64,000 nt of DNA from an uncultured Verrucomicrobiae bacterium. Lineage in GTDB: Bacteria > Verrucomicrobiota > Verrucomicrobiia > Chthoniobacterales > JAATET01. The stretch spans positions 162,987 to 226,986 of the forward strand of contig CAVRCI010000007.1 in assembly GCA_963719495.1 (NCBI GenBank), given 5' to 3'. Every line of letters starts with the position of its first letter. Position 1 is the stretch's first letter. The position numbers were made by a program, and so were the translations under genes. Below the pieces are notes generated by a model, which saw nothing but the letters and a program-made list of their open reading frames with translations, was not told the DNA's origin and did not search any database. Of the stretch, positions 1-9,123 are shown in pieces.

Positions 1-1148
1 GCGCTCACCACGTTGCCCGCCGCGTCCACCACCACGAAGTGCGTCGTGCTTCCCTCCACGCCCTCGTCCGAATCCGCCACCTCGGGCGTGTCCACGATCC
101 CCTCGGCGACCCGCGCCGCAACCGACTCCGCCTCCGCCCCCGCCAACAACTCCACCCCAGCATCACCGGTCGCCACCCCCCGCGCCAGCGGATAGACCTG
201 ACGCAGGACGGCGCACACTCGCACGATCCCCACCGCGTCCCACCGGATCGTCCCCGCGGACTCCAGAGCCTGCAAGGCCAGCAGGACGGTCATCCCCCCG
301 GTCGACGGAACGGGACTGCTCCAGACCTGCCAGTCGCGCCACTCGATTCGCAAGGGCTCGGCAATCTCCGGCTCGACGTCCGCCAGGTCACTACCCCGCA
401 ACCAGCCCCCGCCCGCTTTGCTCGCCGCCGCGATCCGTTCCACGATCACACCATCCCGCATCGCGTCCGCTCCACGCTCCGCGACCAACTCCAGAGACGC
501 CGCCAGATCCAGTTGCGGCAGCCGCGAACCCACGACCGGAACCCGCGCCTCCGGAAAAAAGATCCGCCGAAATTCTCCGTCCGCGCCGAGCGTCTCCCGG
601 TATTTGCGCAAAAGCGCCGCCAGGTCCGCGGTCACCACCGCACCCTCGCGCGCCAACCCAACCACCGGCTCGACGCATTCCCGCCAAGCCAACCGCCCCC
701 ACCGCTCGTGCGCTTCCGCCAGCGCCGGCAGCATGCCCGCGACCGCCGCCGCCCGCCAACCGCGCGTCAGATTCGCCCGGCCCGCCCCCCGCGCTTCCGC
801 CGCCGTCACCGCTGCCGGAGCAGAATCCAGACCCACCACCGCCCTCACGGTCCCATCCGCCGCCGAGCGGTGCAGCAAAATCAATTTCCCGCCCAACCCC
901 GATCCATCCGGCTCACCCACCCCGACCGCCAACGACACCCCGACCGCCGCGTCCATCGCGCTGCCGCCCCGCTCCAGAATCGCCACGCCGATCTCACTCG
1001 CCTCGCGGCTCCCGGAGACCACCATCCCGCCGTCCGACGTGACCACCTGCGCACCCCGCAGTCCGACGGCCCCGACCACCAGCACGGCCCATAACGAGAG
1101 CCAAACCACTCGCCGACGCCGACGCAAACAATCCTGTCGCCCCCTCAC
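1..1148 (-). CDS. ggt: Gamma-glutamyltransferase (runs off left edge; absent from the ORF track)
   Basis: Manual translation from GTG 1148: hydrophobic N-terminus, then GGMVVSGSREASEIGVAILERGGSAMDAAVGVSLAVGVGEPDGSGLGG. At the window edge, in the same frame, STTHFVVVDAAGNVVS (autoprocessing Thr nucleophile motif). Confidence 0.92.
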   Translation of the reverse strand, partial: MRGRQDCLRRRRRVVWLSLWAVLVVGAVGLRGAQVVTSDGGMVVSGSREASEIGVAILERGGSAMDAAVGVSLAVGVGEPDGSGLGGKLILLHRSAADGTVRAVVGLDSAPAAVTAAEARGAGRANLTRGWRAAAVAGMLPALAEAHERWGRLAWRECVEPVVGLAREGAVVTADLAALLRKYRETLGADGEFRRIFFPEARVPVVGSRLPQLDLAASLELVAERGADAMRDGVIVERIAAASKAGGGWLRGSDLADVEPEIAEPLRIEWRDWQVWSSPVPSTGGMTVLLALQALESAGTIRWDAVGIVRVCAVLRQVYPLARGVATGDAGVELLAGAEAESVAARVAEGIVDTPEVADSDEGVEGSTTHFVVVDAAGNVVS

Positions 1149-1151
1149 GCC

Positions 1152-1886
1152 CTAGTTGTGTGAAGGGTAATCCGCGGGTGCGACCAACTCGACATGGCCG
1201 TCGAAAAAGACGTAGTTCCGACCACCCCACGGCGTCCGCAGATCCTCCGGGATCGCGTGTTCGCTCCCTCCCGTGCCCGCCGACCCGTAGTTCTCCCCGT
1301 CGGCGTTCGTCGCCAACCAGATTCGCGACAACCGCCCGCCATCCTCGCCGTTCTTGACGTTCTCCAGCAATCCCACAAGCGGGAGCGGCTGCGACACCAG
1401 CGAAGCTGTATTCGTCCGCCGCCCGAAGAAATTCGGCGGCTCGGACTGCACCGTGTTGTTGAGGATGTAGGCCGTGCCCGCCCGGTTCGCGCCATAGTCC
1501 GACGGACTCTCCCACATCGGGGAGTTCGGGGAAACTACCCCCGCGTCTTCGAGGAACGTACTCAGCCACTTTTCGCGGTCCCCATCCGCCACCGTCCGCG
1601 GAATCCGAATCCCGCGGTTGACCCGCCCCGGCAGCACCCCGTGCTCGCTCACGTATTGATGAACCGCGATCCCGATCTGCCGCAGGTTGTTCGCATCATC
1701 CGTCCGCTGCGACTTCACCAACGCTCCGTTCACCACCGGAACGAGCAACGCGACCAGAATCGTCAGAATCCCCAGCACGACCAGCAATTCGATCAAAGTG
1801 AACGCCCGGCTTCTCAACGTGAACGCCCGGCTTTCAAATCGAAGAATGATCGGCTGACCGGAGCATCGACAAATTTTCATCGGCAT
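1152..1886 (-). CDS. Prepilin-type N-terminal cleavage/methylation protein (PVC H-X9-DG-like)
   Basis: AFTLIELLVVLGILTILVALLVP; NNLRQIGIA; C-terminal NYVFFDGHVE. Start codon uncertain. Confidence 0.9.
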   Translation of the reverse strand: MPMKICRCSGQPIILRFESRAFTLRSRAFTLIELLVVLGILTILVALLVPVVNGALVKSQRTDDANNLRQIGIAVHQYVSEHGVLPGRVNRGIRIPRTVADGDREKWLSTFLEDAGVVSPNSPMWESPSDYGANRAGTAYILNNTVQSEPPNFFGRRTNTASLVSQPLPLVGLLENVKNGEDGGRLSRIWLATNADGENYGSAGTGGSEHAIPEDLRTPWGGRNYVFFDGHVELVAPADYPSHN

Positions 1887-1894
1887 TCCAATTC

Positions 1895-1910
1895 AGCAAT
1901 CAGCGTGCCA
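1895..1910 (-). promoter_or_regulatory. Sigma-54 -24/-12 promoter for prepilin-ggt
   Basis: Minus strand reads TGGCAC-GCTGA-TTGCT, matching TGGCAC-N5-TTGC, next to a bEBP gene. Confidence 0.8.
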
Positions 1911-1985
1911 TCGGGCATTTTGGCGAAGCAACGGAATATTCTCCCCGTCCTTCCCCCCTTATTCCCTAAACTCGCCCTCGGTTCG

Positions 1986-2023
1986 GTTGTTGATTTGACA
2001 ACCTTCGTTGGCAAATCCACAAC
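1986..2023. promoter_or_regulatory. Tandem palindromic enhancer-like sites GTTG(T/G)-N7-ACAAC
   Basis: GTTGT-TGATTTG-ACAAC (1986-2002) and GTTGG-CAAATCC-ACAAC (2007-2023), 21 bp apart; a third copy lies at 3379-3395. Confidence 0.65.
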
Positions 2024-2031
2024 TGAGAATC

Positions 2032-3375
2032 ATGGCCCTTAATCGACCCCGGATTCTGGTCACCGACGACGTCTCCGAGAATCTCCGCAGCCTCGCCCGC
2101 ATGCTCCGGCCGGACTTCGACGTCACCACCTGCTCCAGCCCCAAGCGCGCCGCCCGCATCGCTCGCTCCGGCGGCATCGACCTCCTCGTCACCACGCTCG
2201 TCATGCGCGAGCTGAACGGATTCGACCTCATCCGACGCCTCCGCGGCCACGGTTGTCAGACGCCCATCATCATGGTCACCGGCTACGGCGACGAGACCTC
2301 CGCCATCGAGGCCACCCGACTCGGCGTCGCCGATTACATCACCAAACCGATCTCGGAGATCGAACTCCGCAAACGCACCCGCCGCGTTCTCGAACGCCAA
2401 TCCGCCGACGCCGCCCCCTCGCTCTACCCGTCCGACCAGATCATCGCCGGCGATCCGGCCATGATCGATCTCCTCGACAAGTGCCGACTCATCGCCCGCT
2501 CCGCCAGCCGGGTCCTCATCTTCGGCGAGACCGGCGCCGGGAAGGAACTCCTCGCCCGCTTCCTTCACGACCACAGCCCCCGACGCGACGCCCCCTTCGT
2601 CGAAGTCAACTGCGCCGCCATCCCCGAGAATCTCCTCGAGAGCGAGTTCTTCGGCCACGAACGCGGCTCGTTCACCGGCGCGACCGCCCGCCGGATCGGC
2701 CGCTTCGAAGAAGCCGGCGAAGGCACGCTCTTCCTCGACGAGATCGGCGAGATCAGTTTTGCCCTCCAGGCCAAGCTCCTCCGCGTACTTCAGACCGGCT
2801 CCTTCAGCCGGGTCGGTCAGACCGGACAGCAGACCTCCCACGCCCGCGTCATCGCCGCCACCAACCGCGACCTCACGCAGGAAGCCCGCACCGGCCGCTT
2901 CCGCACCGACCTCTTCTACCGGCTCAATGTCATCAGAGTCGTCATCCCCCCGCTCCGCGAGCGCCCCAACGACATCCTCCCCCTCGCCCGCCACTTCATC
3001 AATCGCGCATCCGATCCCACCCGCCCCTCGATCACCCTCTCCCCCGACGCCACCCGCATCCTCACCAACTACCCGTGGCCCGGCAACATCCGCGAACTCG
3101 AACACACGATCGAGCGCCTCGTCGTCCTCCTCCCCGGCCACCGCATCGAAGCCGCCGACCTCGCCGACCTCGCCGCCCCCTCCCCGCTCGCCCCGTCCGC
3201 CGCGGTCACCCTCCCGTATCGCGAAGCCGCCGCGGAATTCGAACGCACCTATTTTTCGACCCTCGTTCGCCAGACCCACGGCAACCTCGCCGCCGCCGCC
3301 CGCCTCGCCGGAATGGACCGCGCAAACTTCTACCGCAAGGCACTTCAGCACGGATTGACCGCGAACCGAAAATAG
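2032..3375 (+). CDS. Sigma-54-dependent activator (REC-AAA-Fis HTH, NtrC family)
   Basis: GETGAGKE, ESEFFGHERGSFTGA, LFLDEIGE, DLFYRLNV, WPGNIRELE, C-terminal HTH. Start placed at ATG 2032. Confidence 0.95.
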   Translation: MALNRPRILVTDDVSENLRSLARMLRPDFDVTTCSSPKRAARIARSGGIDLLVTTLVMRELNGFDLIRRLRGHGCQTPIIMVTGYGDETSAIEATRLGVADYITKPISEIELRKRTRRVLERQSADAAPSLYPSDQIIAGDPAMIDLLDKCRLIARSASRVLIFGETGAGKELLARFLHDHSPRRDAPFVEVNCAAIPENLLESEFFGHERGSFTGATARRIGRFEEAGEGTLFLDEIGEISFALQAKLLRVLQTGSFSRVGQTGQQTSHARVIAATNRDLTQEARTGRFRTDLFYRLNVIRVVIPPLRERPNDILPLARHFINRASDPTRPSITLSPDATRILTNYPWPGNIRELEHTIERLVVLLPGHRIEAADLADLAAPSPLAPSAAVTLPYREAAAEFERTYFSTLVRQTHGNLAAAARLAGMDRANFYRKALQHGLTANRK

Positions 3376-3378
3376 ATC

Positions 3379-3395
3379 GTTGTATTTTTAACAAC
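3379..3395. promoter_or_regulatory. Enhancer-like palindrome GTTGT-N7-ACAAC
   Basis: GTTGT-ATTTTTA-ACAAC, ~140 bp upstream of a sigma-54-like promoter. Confidence 0.6.
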
Positions 3396-3535
3396 ACCGA
3401 TCCGCCGTTCTGACCATCGGCCTCGGGATCTCAGCCGAACATCATTCCCGCGAATTCGCCGGAAGACCCCTCGCTAGCAACGAAAACCGAGGAAAAAACC
3501 GAATTTTCCCACGCCCGCTCCGTAAAATACAAATC

Positions 3536-3550
3536 TGGCACAAAATATGT
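3536..3550 (+). promoter_or_regulatory. Probable sigma-54 promoter (degenerate -12)
   Basis: TGGCAC-AAAAT-ATGT just upstream of the 3564 start. Confidence 0.55.
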
Positions 3551-3563
3551 TTATGAGCGGGGC

Positions 3564-4898
3564 GTGAAATTTCTCCGTCCCGCGCTTCATTCGATCCTGG
3601 CAGCCAGCGCCCTCGGATTCGCTCCCGGCCTCCGCGCCGCCACGTTCGAATCCATCGAGTTACTCGGCTTCGAACTCCCGAAGGAAAACGCCTTCGTGAC
3701 CGCCAAGGCCAGCAGCGACACCTGTTACGGTATCTTCGTCCTGCTCCAAGGCCAGGACACCAGCGGCCAAGCCATCGAAGGCGTCGGCGAGATCCTACCC
3801 CGCACCCTCATGACCAACGAGTCCCTCGCCGATTCCTGGGCCGGAGCCGAGGCCATGCGCAACGAGCTGCTCGACGCCACCTTCGACGGCAGCACTCCCG
3901 CCGAGGATGTCGCGACCGCCGAGACGCTCATGGCCTCACTCCGCGAGATTGCCGCCGACGAAACCCTCACGTGGAAGAATCCGCCGCCAGCCGACCAGCA
4001 GCTCCGGGCCACCCTCGCCGGGTTCGACATGGCGCTCCTCGATTTCATCGGAAAGAAGCACAACGTCCCTCTCTACGAACTCCTCGGCGGCCAGCGCCGG
4101 GACAGCGTCACCCTCGCCGCCATCACCTTCAGCGCCAACGTTGAAGCCGAAGCACTCGCCGAAAAGGCCCGCGGCCTCCGCTCCGACTACCCCGCCATCC
4201 GCATCAAGCTAGGCCTCGATCCCGACGCCGACCTCGACCGCCTGCAGGCCGTCACCCGCGTCCTCGTCGAGCAGGATCAAGATCGAGCCCTCTGGGTCGA
4301 CATGAACAAATCCTGGGAGGACCTCCCCCAGGCCACCGAAGAACTCGCCCGCATCCGCCAAATGCTCCGCGACGAAAAATTCACCGCCCGCTTCATCTGC
4401 GAAGCGCCCATGAAGGACACCCGCACCGAGAGCCTCGCCGCCCTCACGACGGAACTCCGCGGCTGGGCCAAGTCCGATCCGTTCCAGATGCTCATTATGG
4501 CCGACGAGGGACTTTGGGACCTCGCGGCCATCCAAAAAATCGCCGCCCTCGACGCCGCCGACATGGTCAACATCAAGATCCAGAAATCCGGCGGCCTCCT
4601 CGAAGCCATGCGCATGGGCCGCTACCTCGAGGAAAACGCCCCCCAGATCGGCATCTACATCGGCGGTCTCGTCATGACCGATCTCTGTGCCCGCGCAAAT
4701 CTCCACCTCGCCATCGCCATGCCGGAGCTCACCTTCGTCACCGGCTGCCTCCCCCGCGACGACTTCCCGATTCAACCCAGCACGAATCCACTCGCCTTCG
4801 TCGACGGCCGCGACCTCGCCGCCCCCACCGGACCCGGCCTCGACACCGGCCTCGATCGCGAAGCCCTCCAACCCTTCATCAACAAAACCATCCCCTAA
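3564..4898 (+). CDS. Enolase-superfamily enzyme (MLE/dipeptide-epimerase-like) with signal peptide
   Basis: GVGE; AGFDMALLDFIGKKHNVPLYELLGG; IRIKLG; metal ligands in VDMN, CEAP, ADEG; NIKIQKSGG; Sec-like N-terminus. Confidence 0.85.
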   Translation: MKFLRPALHSILAASALGFAPGLRAATFESIELLGFELPKENAFVTAKASSDTCYGIFVLLQGQDTSGQAIEGVGEILPRTLMTNESLADSWAGAEAMRNELLDATFDGSTPAEDVATAETLMASLREIAADETLTWKNPPPADQQLRATLAGFDMALLDFIGKKHNVPLYELLGGQRRDSVTLAAITFSANVEAEALAEKARGLRSDYPAIRIKLGLDPDADLDRLQAVTRVLVEQDQDRALWVDMNKSWEDLPQATEELARIRQMLRDEKFTARFICEAPMKDTRTESLAALTTELRGWAKSDPFQMLIMADEGLWDLAAIQKIAALDAADMVNIKIQKSGGLLEAMRMGRYLEENAPQIGIYIGGLVMTDLCARANLHLAIAMPELTFVTGCLPRDDFPIQPSTNPLAFVDGRDLAAPTGPGLDTGLDREALQPFINKTIP

Positions 4899-4902
4899 TC
4901 CC

Positions 4903-5943
4903 ATGATCAAAGTCGCCCAATTCGGCCTCGGCCCCATCGGCCAGCACTGCATCCACCTCCTCGCCAATCAGCCCTGGTGCGAAATCGTCGGCGGCGTCGA
5001 CATCGACCCCGCCCGCGCCGATCGGCCCCTCGCCGACGTCTGCGGACTCCCGGGCGAATCCCTCGGTCGAGTCCACACCTCCTTCGACGAACTCTGGGAC
5101 GACTGCCAACCCGATGCCATTCTGCACACGGCTGGATCCCGCGCCGCCGTCTCGTTCGAGCAGTGCCGCCCGATGCTCGAACGCGGACTCGCCATCGTCA
5201 GCTCCTGCGAGGAGCTCCTCTTCCCGCTCCACCGCGCTCCCGAACTCACCGCCGAGATCGACGCGCTCTGCCAGGACTCCGGCGGCCGCATTCTGGGCAC
5301 CGGCGTCAACCCCGGCTTCGTCCTCGACTACCTGCCCGTTGCCCTTTCGGGCGTCTGCCGGACGGTCAGCGGCGTTTACGGCAAGCGCGTCGTCAACGCG
5401 ACGCTCCGCCGCGAGCCGCTCCAGCGCAAGATTGGCAGCGGTCTCTCGCCCGATGCTTTCCGTGCGCTTTGGACGGACGGGAAAGCCGGCCATGCCGGTT
5501 TCCAGGAATCGCTCCTCCTGCTCGCCCACGCGTTCGGCTGGGTCATCACCGACGTCCACGAGACCCTCGATCCCGTCGTTGCCGAGCGCGACATCCGGAC
5601 CGACTTCTTCACCGTCGCGGCGGGCCAGACCCGCGGCCTGCACCAGATCGTTCAAGCCGAGTCCCTCGAAGGCCACCGCATCGAACTCGATCTCACCATG
5701 GCCCTCGACGAACCCGACGCGCACGATTACGTCCGCCTCGACAGCGACCCACCAATTGAGTGCCGCATCGAAGGCGGCGTCTCGGGTGATAAAGCCACCG
5801 TGGCGTCCGTCGTCAACGCGCTGCCCCGTCTGCTCCAGACCGCGCCCGGCGTCCGCCTCGTCACCGACCTTCCCGCCGCCAGCCGCCCGTTCGGCACGCA
5901 AACCGCTCACACCCCCGCCCAACCACAAACCCAAGCCACCTAA
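4903..5943 (+). CDS. NAD(P)-dependent dehydrogenase, DapB/2,4-diaminopentanoate dehydrogenase-like
   Basis: MIKVAQFGLGPIG Rossmann motif; SSCEELLFP; LGTGVNPGFVLD; GGVSGDKATVASVVN. Start at ATG 4903. Confidence 0.85.
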   Translation: MIKVAQFGLGPIGQHCIHLLANQPWCEIVGGVDIDPARADRPLADVCGLPGESLGRVHTSFDELWDDCQPDAILHTAGSRAAVSFEQCRPMLERGLAIVSSCEELLFPLHRAPELTAEIDALCQDSGGRILGTGVNPGFVLDYLPVALSGVCRTVSGVYGKRVVNATLRREPLQRKIGSGLSPDAFRALWTDGKAGHAGFQESLLLLAHAFGWVITDVHETLDPVVAERDIRTDFFTVAAGQTRGLHQIVQAESLEGHRIELDLTMALDEPDAHDYVRLDSDPPIECRIEGGVSGDKATVASVVNALPRLLQTAPGVRLVTDLPAASRPFGTQTAHTPAQPQTQAT

Positions 5944-5946
5944 ACC

Positions 5947-6750
5947 ATGAAAAAAACCACCATCACCTCATTCCGGCTCGCGACCCTCGGGATCGCACTG
6001 CTTGCCTCCGCAACGAACTCGAAAGCCCAAATCCTTTACGGCACCTCGGGATCGACCTACACCGAAAATTTCAGCAGTGGACTCCCCGCGACGGGAAATG
6101 TTGACTGGGACGACAACTCGACGTTTGCAGGATTTTACGCTTATCAGAGCGCAACGTCGGCAGCCCCCGAGGAATATCGAAAGACCAGCAGCGGAGACTC
6201 GACGCTGGCCAATCTTTTTCAGTGGCGCCCCGCAAGTTCGACTGACGGCGCACTCGGCACAAAACCCAATGACTCGACTGGGACCATTGCCACCGGCGTG
6301 CGCTTCACGAACACCACCGGACTCACGCTGACGCAATTTAGCCTCGGTTACACGGGCGAGCAGTGGTTCAGCAGCAACGCCAACCAGAACAACCAGCTTG
6401 TTGTTGCCTACCAACTCGGAAGTCCGGCCAACTTGCTGGACGGAACGTGGACGACGATTCCCGCGTTGCAATTCAGCAGCATCTTCAACGATGGCACGGT
6501 GCGAAATCTCGATGGCTCCCTGCCCGCCAACCAGACTGTCTTAAGTCCAGTTACTGTCAGCGGATTCAGTTGGGCCAACGGCACCGACCTTTACATTCGC
6601 TGGTTCGACGCCAACAGCGCCGGTGCCGATCAAGGCCTCGCCATCGACGACGTGAACTTTACCGCCGTCCCGGAGCCTTCGACCTACGCGCTGCTCATCG
6701 CGGGAGGAATCATCCTCATTGCCTTCCGCCGCCGCGCAGCTCGGGCTTAG
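5947..6750 (+). CDS. PEP-CTERM surface protein
   Basis: Signal peptide; C-terminal VPEPSTYALLIAGGIILIAFRRR. Confidence 0.92.
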   Translation: MKKTTITSFRLATLGIALLASATNSKAQILYGTSGSTYTENFSSGLPATGNVDWDDNSTFAGFYAYQSATSAAPEEYRKTSSGDSTLANLFQWRPASSTDGALGTKPNDSTGTIATGVRFTNTTGLTLTQFSLGYTGEQWFSSNANQNNQLVVAYQLGSPANLLDGTWTTIPALQFSSIFNDGTVRNLDGSLPANQTVLSPVTVSGFSWANGTDLYIRWFDANSAGADQGLAIDDVNFTAVPEPSTYALLIAGGIILIAFRRRAARA

Positions 6751-6764
6751 TCCACTTCCAACTC

Positions 6765-8453
6765 GTGCCGAGCCCGCCAACGATCCGCATCGCTGGCGGG
6801 TTCGGCCTTTTTGTTGCTCTCTTGCTCGTCGCCTACGGCGGCGGACTCAGCGCAACCCGCACGTGGACCGTCCAGTCGACGCCCAGCGTGACGGCTCCCG
6901 CGGAGGGATCCCTCGATCCGGCAACTTCCGCGCTCTGGGCGCTGCGGGGTCAGCGCCTGACCATTGAACCCACCGTCCTCGCGGAAACCGTCCAGCCCGA
7001 CGCCGCCTCGTCGGCCTACGAAAGTCTCACCGTCTCCTCGCAAATCGGCGCATGGAGCATCCTCCCCGCCGCCACCGCGATTCTCCTCTGTTTTGTCTTC
7101 CGCGACCCCGTGGTCGCGCTCTTCGGCGGAGTCATCGTCGGCGGTCTCGTCCTGCGCACCTACGACATCCCCGGCGACATCCTCATCCCCGCCATCGGCA
7201 CGCCGACCGGCGCGACCATTCTCGTCCTCTACCTTTGGTTCCTGGGCGGACTCTCGGGCGTCTGGGAAAAGACCGGCGCGACTCGCGCCTTCGCGGAATT
7301 CGTTTCCACCCGCTTCGTCCGCGGCTCCCGCTCCGCCCGCTTCGCCGCGTGGACGCTCGGCGTCCTCTTTTTCCAGGGCGGCACCCTCAGCACCGTCCTC
7401 GTCGGCACAGCCGTCCGGCCCGTCGCCGACCGACAACGCATCAGCCACGAGGAGACCGCCTACATCGTCGACAGCACCGCCTCGCCCATCGCCATCCTCC
7501 TCCCCTTCAACGCTTGGCCGATTTACGTCCAAGGACTCATCCTCGTCGTCGGCGTCCCGATCCTCGCCACCGAAACCGGTCGGATCGCGTTCTTCTTTCA
7601 ATCCATCCCGCTCTTCCTCTACGCGTGGCTCGCCGTCGGATTCACCCTCCTGCTTTGCTTCGACAAACTCCCGTTTCTCGGTCCGAAATTCCGAGCCGCC
7701 ATCGCGCGATCCCGTTCCACCGGCCAACTCGACGCCCCCGGTGCGGAACCGCTCAACACCGTCGCACCCACCGAATCGAGCGCCCCCGCCGACTACCGCG
7801 CCTCGCCTTGGGAATTCTTCGCGCCACTTCTCATCCTCATCGGCATCTCCATCGGCACGTTCTTCGCGCTCGGATCCCCGAAGGTTCTCTGGGCCTTCGG
7901 TGCCGCGCTGATGGCGACCATTTTCACGGCCCTCGTCCGCGGCCTCTCGCTTCGCGAAACGATGGCCGGCGTGTCGTCCGGAATCCAAGGCGTCGTCTAC
8001 GGCTCGGTCGTCCTCCTGCTCGCCGTCGCGATCGGCTACGTCGCTCGCGAAACCGGCGGTGCCCTCTACCTCGCCGAACTCCTCGGCGACCGCATCCCGC
8101 TCTGGCTGCTGCCCGCCGGCCTCTTCGTCCTCTCCGCCGTCGTCGCCTTTTCGACCGGCACGAGCTGGGGCACCTTCGCCGTCACGCTGCCGCTTTGCCT
8201 CCCGCTCGCGTGGTCCCTCGCCAACGCCGCCGACGCGGCGCACCCGATTTTTTTTCTCCACCTCAGCTTCGCCGCCGCCGTCAACGGCAGCATTTTCGGC
8301 GACCAGTGCTCGCCCATCTCGGACACCACTGTCCTCTCCTGCGTCAGCACCGGCTGCGACCTCATGGACCACGTCCGCACCCAGATCATCCCCTGCCTGA
8401 CCGCCGGAGTCATCGCCTGCGCGATCTGGACCGCCCTTGCCCTCCTGGCGTAA
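6765..8453 (+). CDS. Na+/H+ antiporter NhaC-family transporter (possible amino-acid transporter)
   Basis: ISHEETAYIVDSTASP, FSTGTSWGTF, GDQCSPISDTTVLS, DHVRTQ; multiple TM segments. Start estimated (GTG 6765). Confidence 0.88.
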   Translation: MPSPPTIRIAGGFGLFVALLLVAYGGGLSATRTWTVQSTPSVTAPAEGSLDPATSALWALRGQRLTIEPTVLAETVQPDAASSAYESLTVSSQIGAWSILPAATAILLCFVFRDPVVALFGGVIVGGLVLRTYDIPGDILIPAIGTPTGATILVLYLWFLGGLSGVWEKTGATRAFAEFVSTRFVRGSRSARFAAWTLGVLFFQGGTLSTVLVGTAVRPVADRQRISHEETAYIVDSTASPIAILLPFNAWPIYVQGLILVVGVPILATETGRIAFFFQSIPLFLYAWLAVGFTLLLCFDKLPFLGPKFRAAIARSRSTGQLDAPGAEPLNTVAPTESSAPADYRASPWEFFAPLLILIGISIGTFFALGSPKVLWAFGAALMATIFTALVRGLSLRETMAGVSSGIQGVVYGSVVLLLAVAIGYVARETGGALYLAELLGDRIPLWLLPAGLFVLSAVVAFSTGTSWGTFAVTLPLCLPLAWSLANAADAAHPIFFLHLSFAAAVNGSIFGDQCSPISDTTVLSCVSTGCDLMDHVRTQIIPCLTAGVIACAIWTALALLA

Positions 8454-9123
8454 TCCCCGCCACCGCCCGAGCGATCTCCACCGCGCCGGGAGAATCGGCG
8501 TGAACGCAGACCGTCCGCGCCCCCAGCCACCCCGTCCGCTGCCACTCCGCCACCCGCCGCACGATGGCATCCACGTCCTCGATCAAATCACCCTCCATTC
8601 CCCGCGGCACCAACCTCCCGTCCGCCCCGTAACCCCGCTCCGCAAACACCTCCCCCCAGGCCTCGACCCCCATCTCACCCGCCACCCGCTCGACCACCCC
8701 TCCCGCCAACGAAAAAATCCGCACGCCCGGAAACCGCTCCCGCATCACCGCGCAATACCGTTCCGCCAAATCCACCCTCCGCTCCACCGCGTGATAAAGC
8801 CCACCGTGCAGCTTCACGTGGTGCAGCTCCGACCCCACGACCGCCACCAACCTCCCCACCTGCTCGACCACCAATTCCTCCAACGCATCCCCATCCACAT
8901 CCACCGCCCCGCGCCCAAACTCGCCCGCCACCCCCGGATGCGCCCCAATCAATACCCCAAACTCCCGCGCCAACTCCACCGCCACCCGCATCGTCTCCGC
9001 CGAGCCCGCGTGCCCACCGCAAGCCACGTTCGCCGCCCCGATCACCGCCATGAGTTCCCGCGTCCGCTCGAACGGCTCCCCCTCCCCCAGATCCGCGTTG
9101 AGGACGAGCGCACTCATCCGCAC
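8410..9123 (-). CDS. pxpA: 5-oxoprolinase subunit A (LamB/YcsF)
   Basis: LNADLGEG, ANVACGGHAG, GAHPG, HVKLHGGLY, TVCVHADSPGA. Confidence 0.92.
   Translation of the reverse strand: MRMSALVLNADLGEGEPFERTRELMAVIGAANVACGGHAGSAETMRVAVELAREFGVLIGAHPGVAGEFGRGAVDVDGDALEELVVEQVGRLVAVVGSELHHVKLHGGLYHAVERRVDLAERYCAVMRERFPGVRIFSLAGGVVERVAGEMGVEAWGEVFAERGYGADGRLVPRGMEGDLIEDVDAIVRRVAEWQRTGWLGARTVCVHADSPGAVEIARAVAGITPGGQGRSRSRRR

Noticed and set aside
39..1155. Plus-strand ORFs of 351 and 245 aa
   Set aside because: Arg/Pro/Ser-rich shadows of the minus-strand ggt.
6363..6764. Long N-terminal extension of the NhaC ORF
   Set aside because: Overlaps the PEP-CTERM gene out of frame; the real start is likely at or after 6765.
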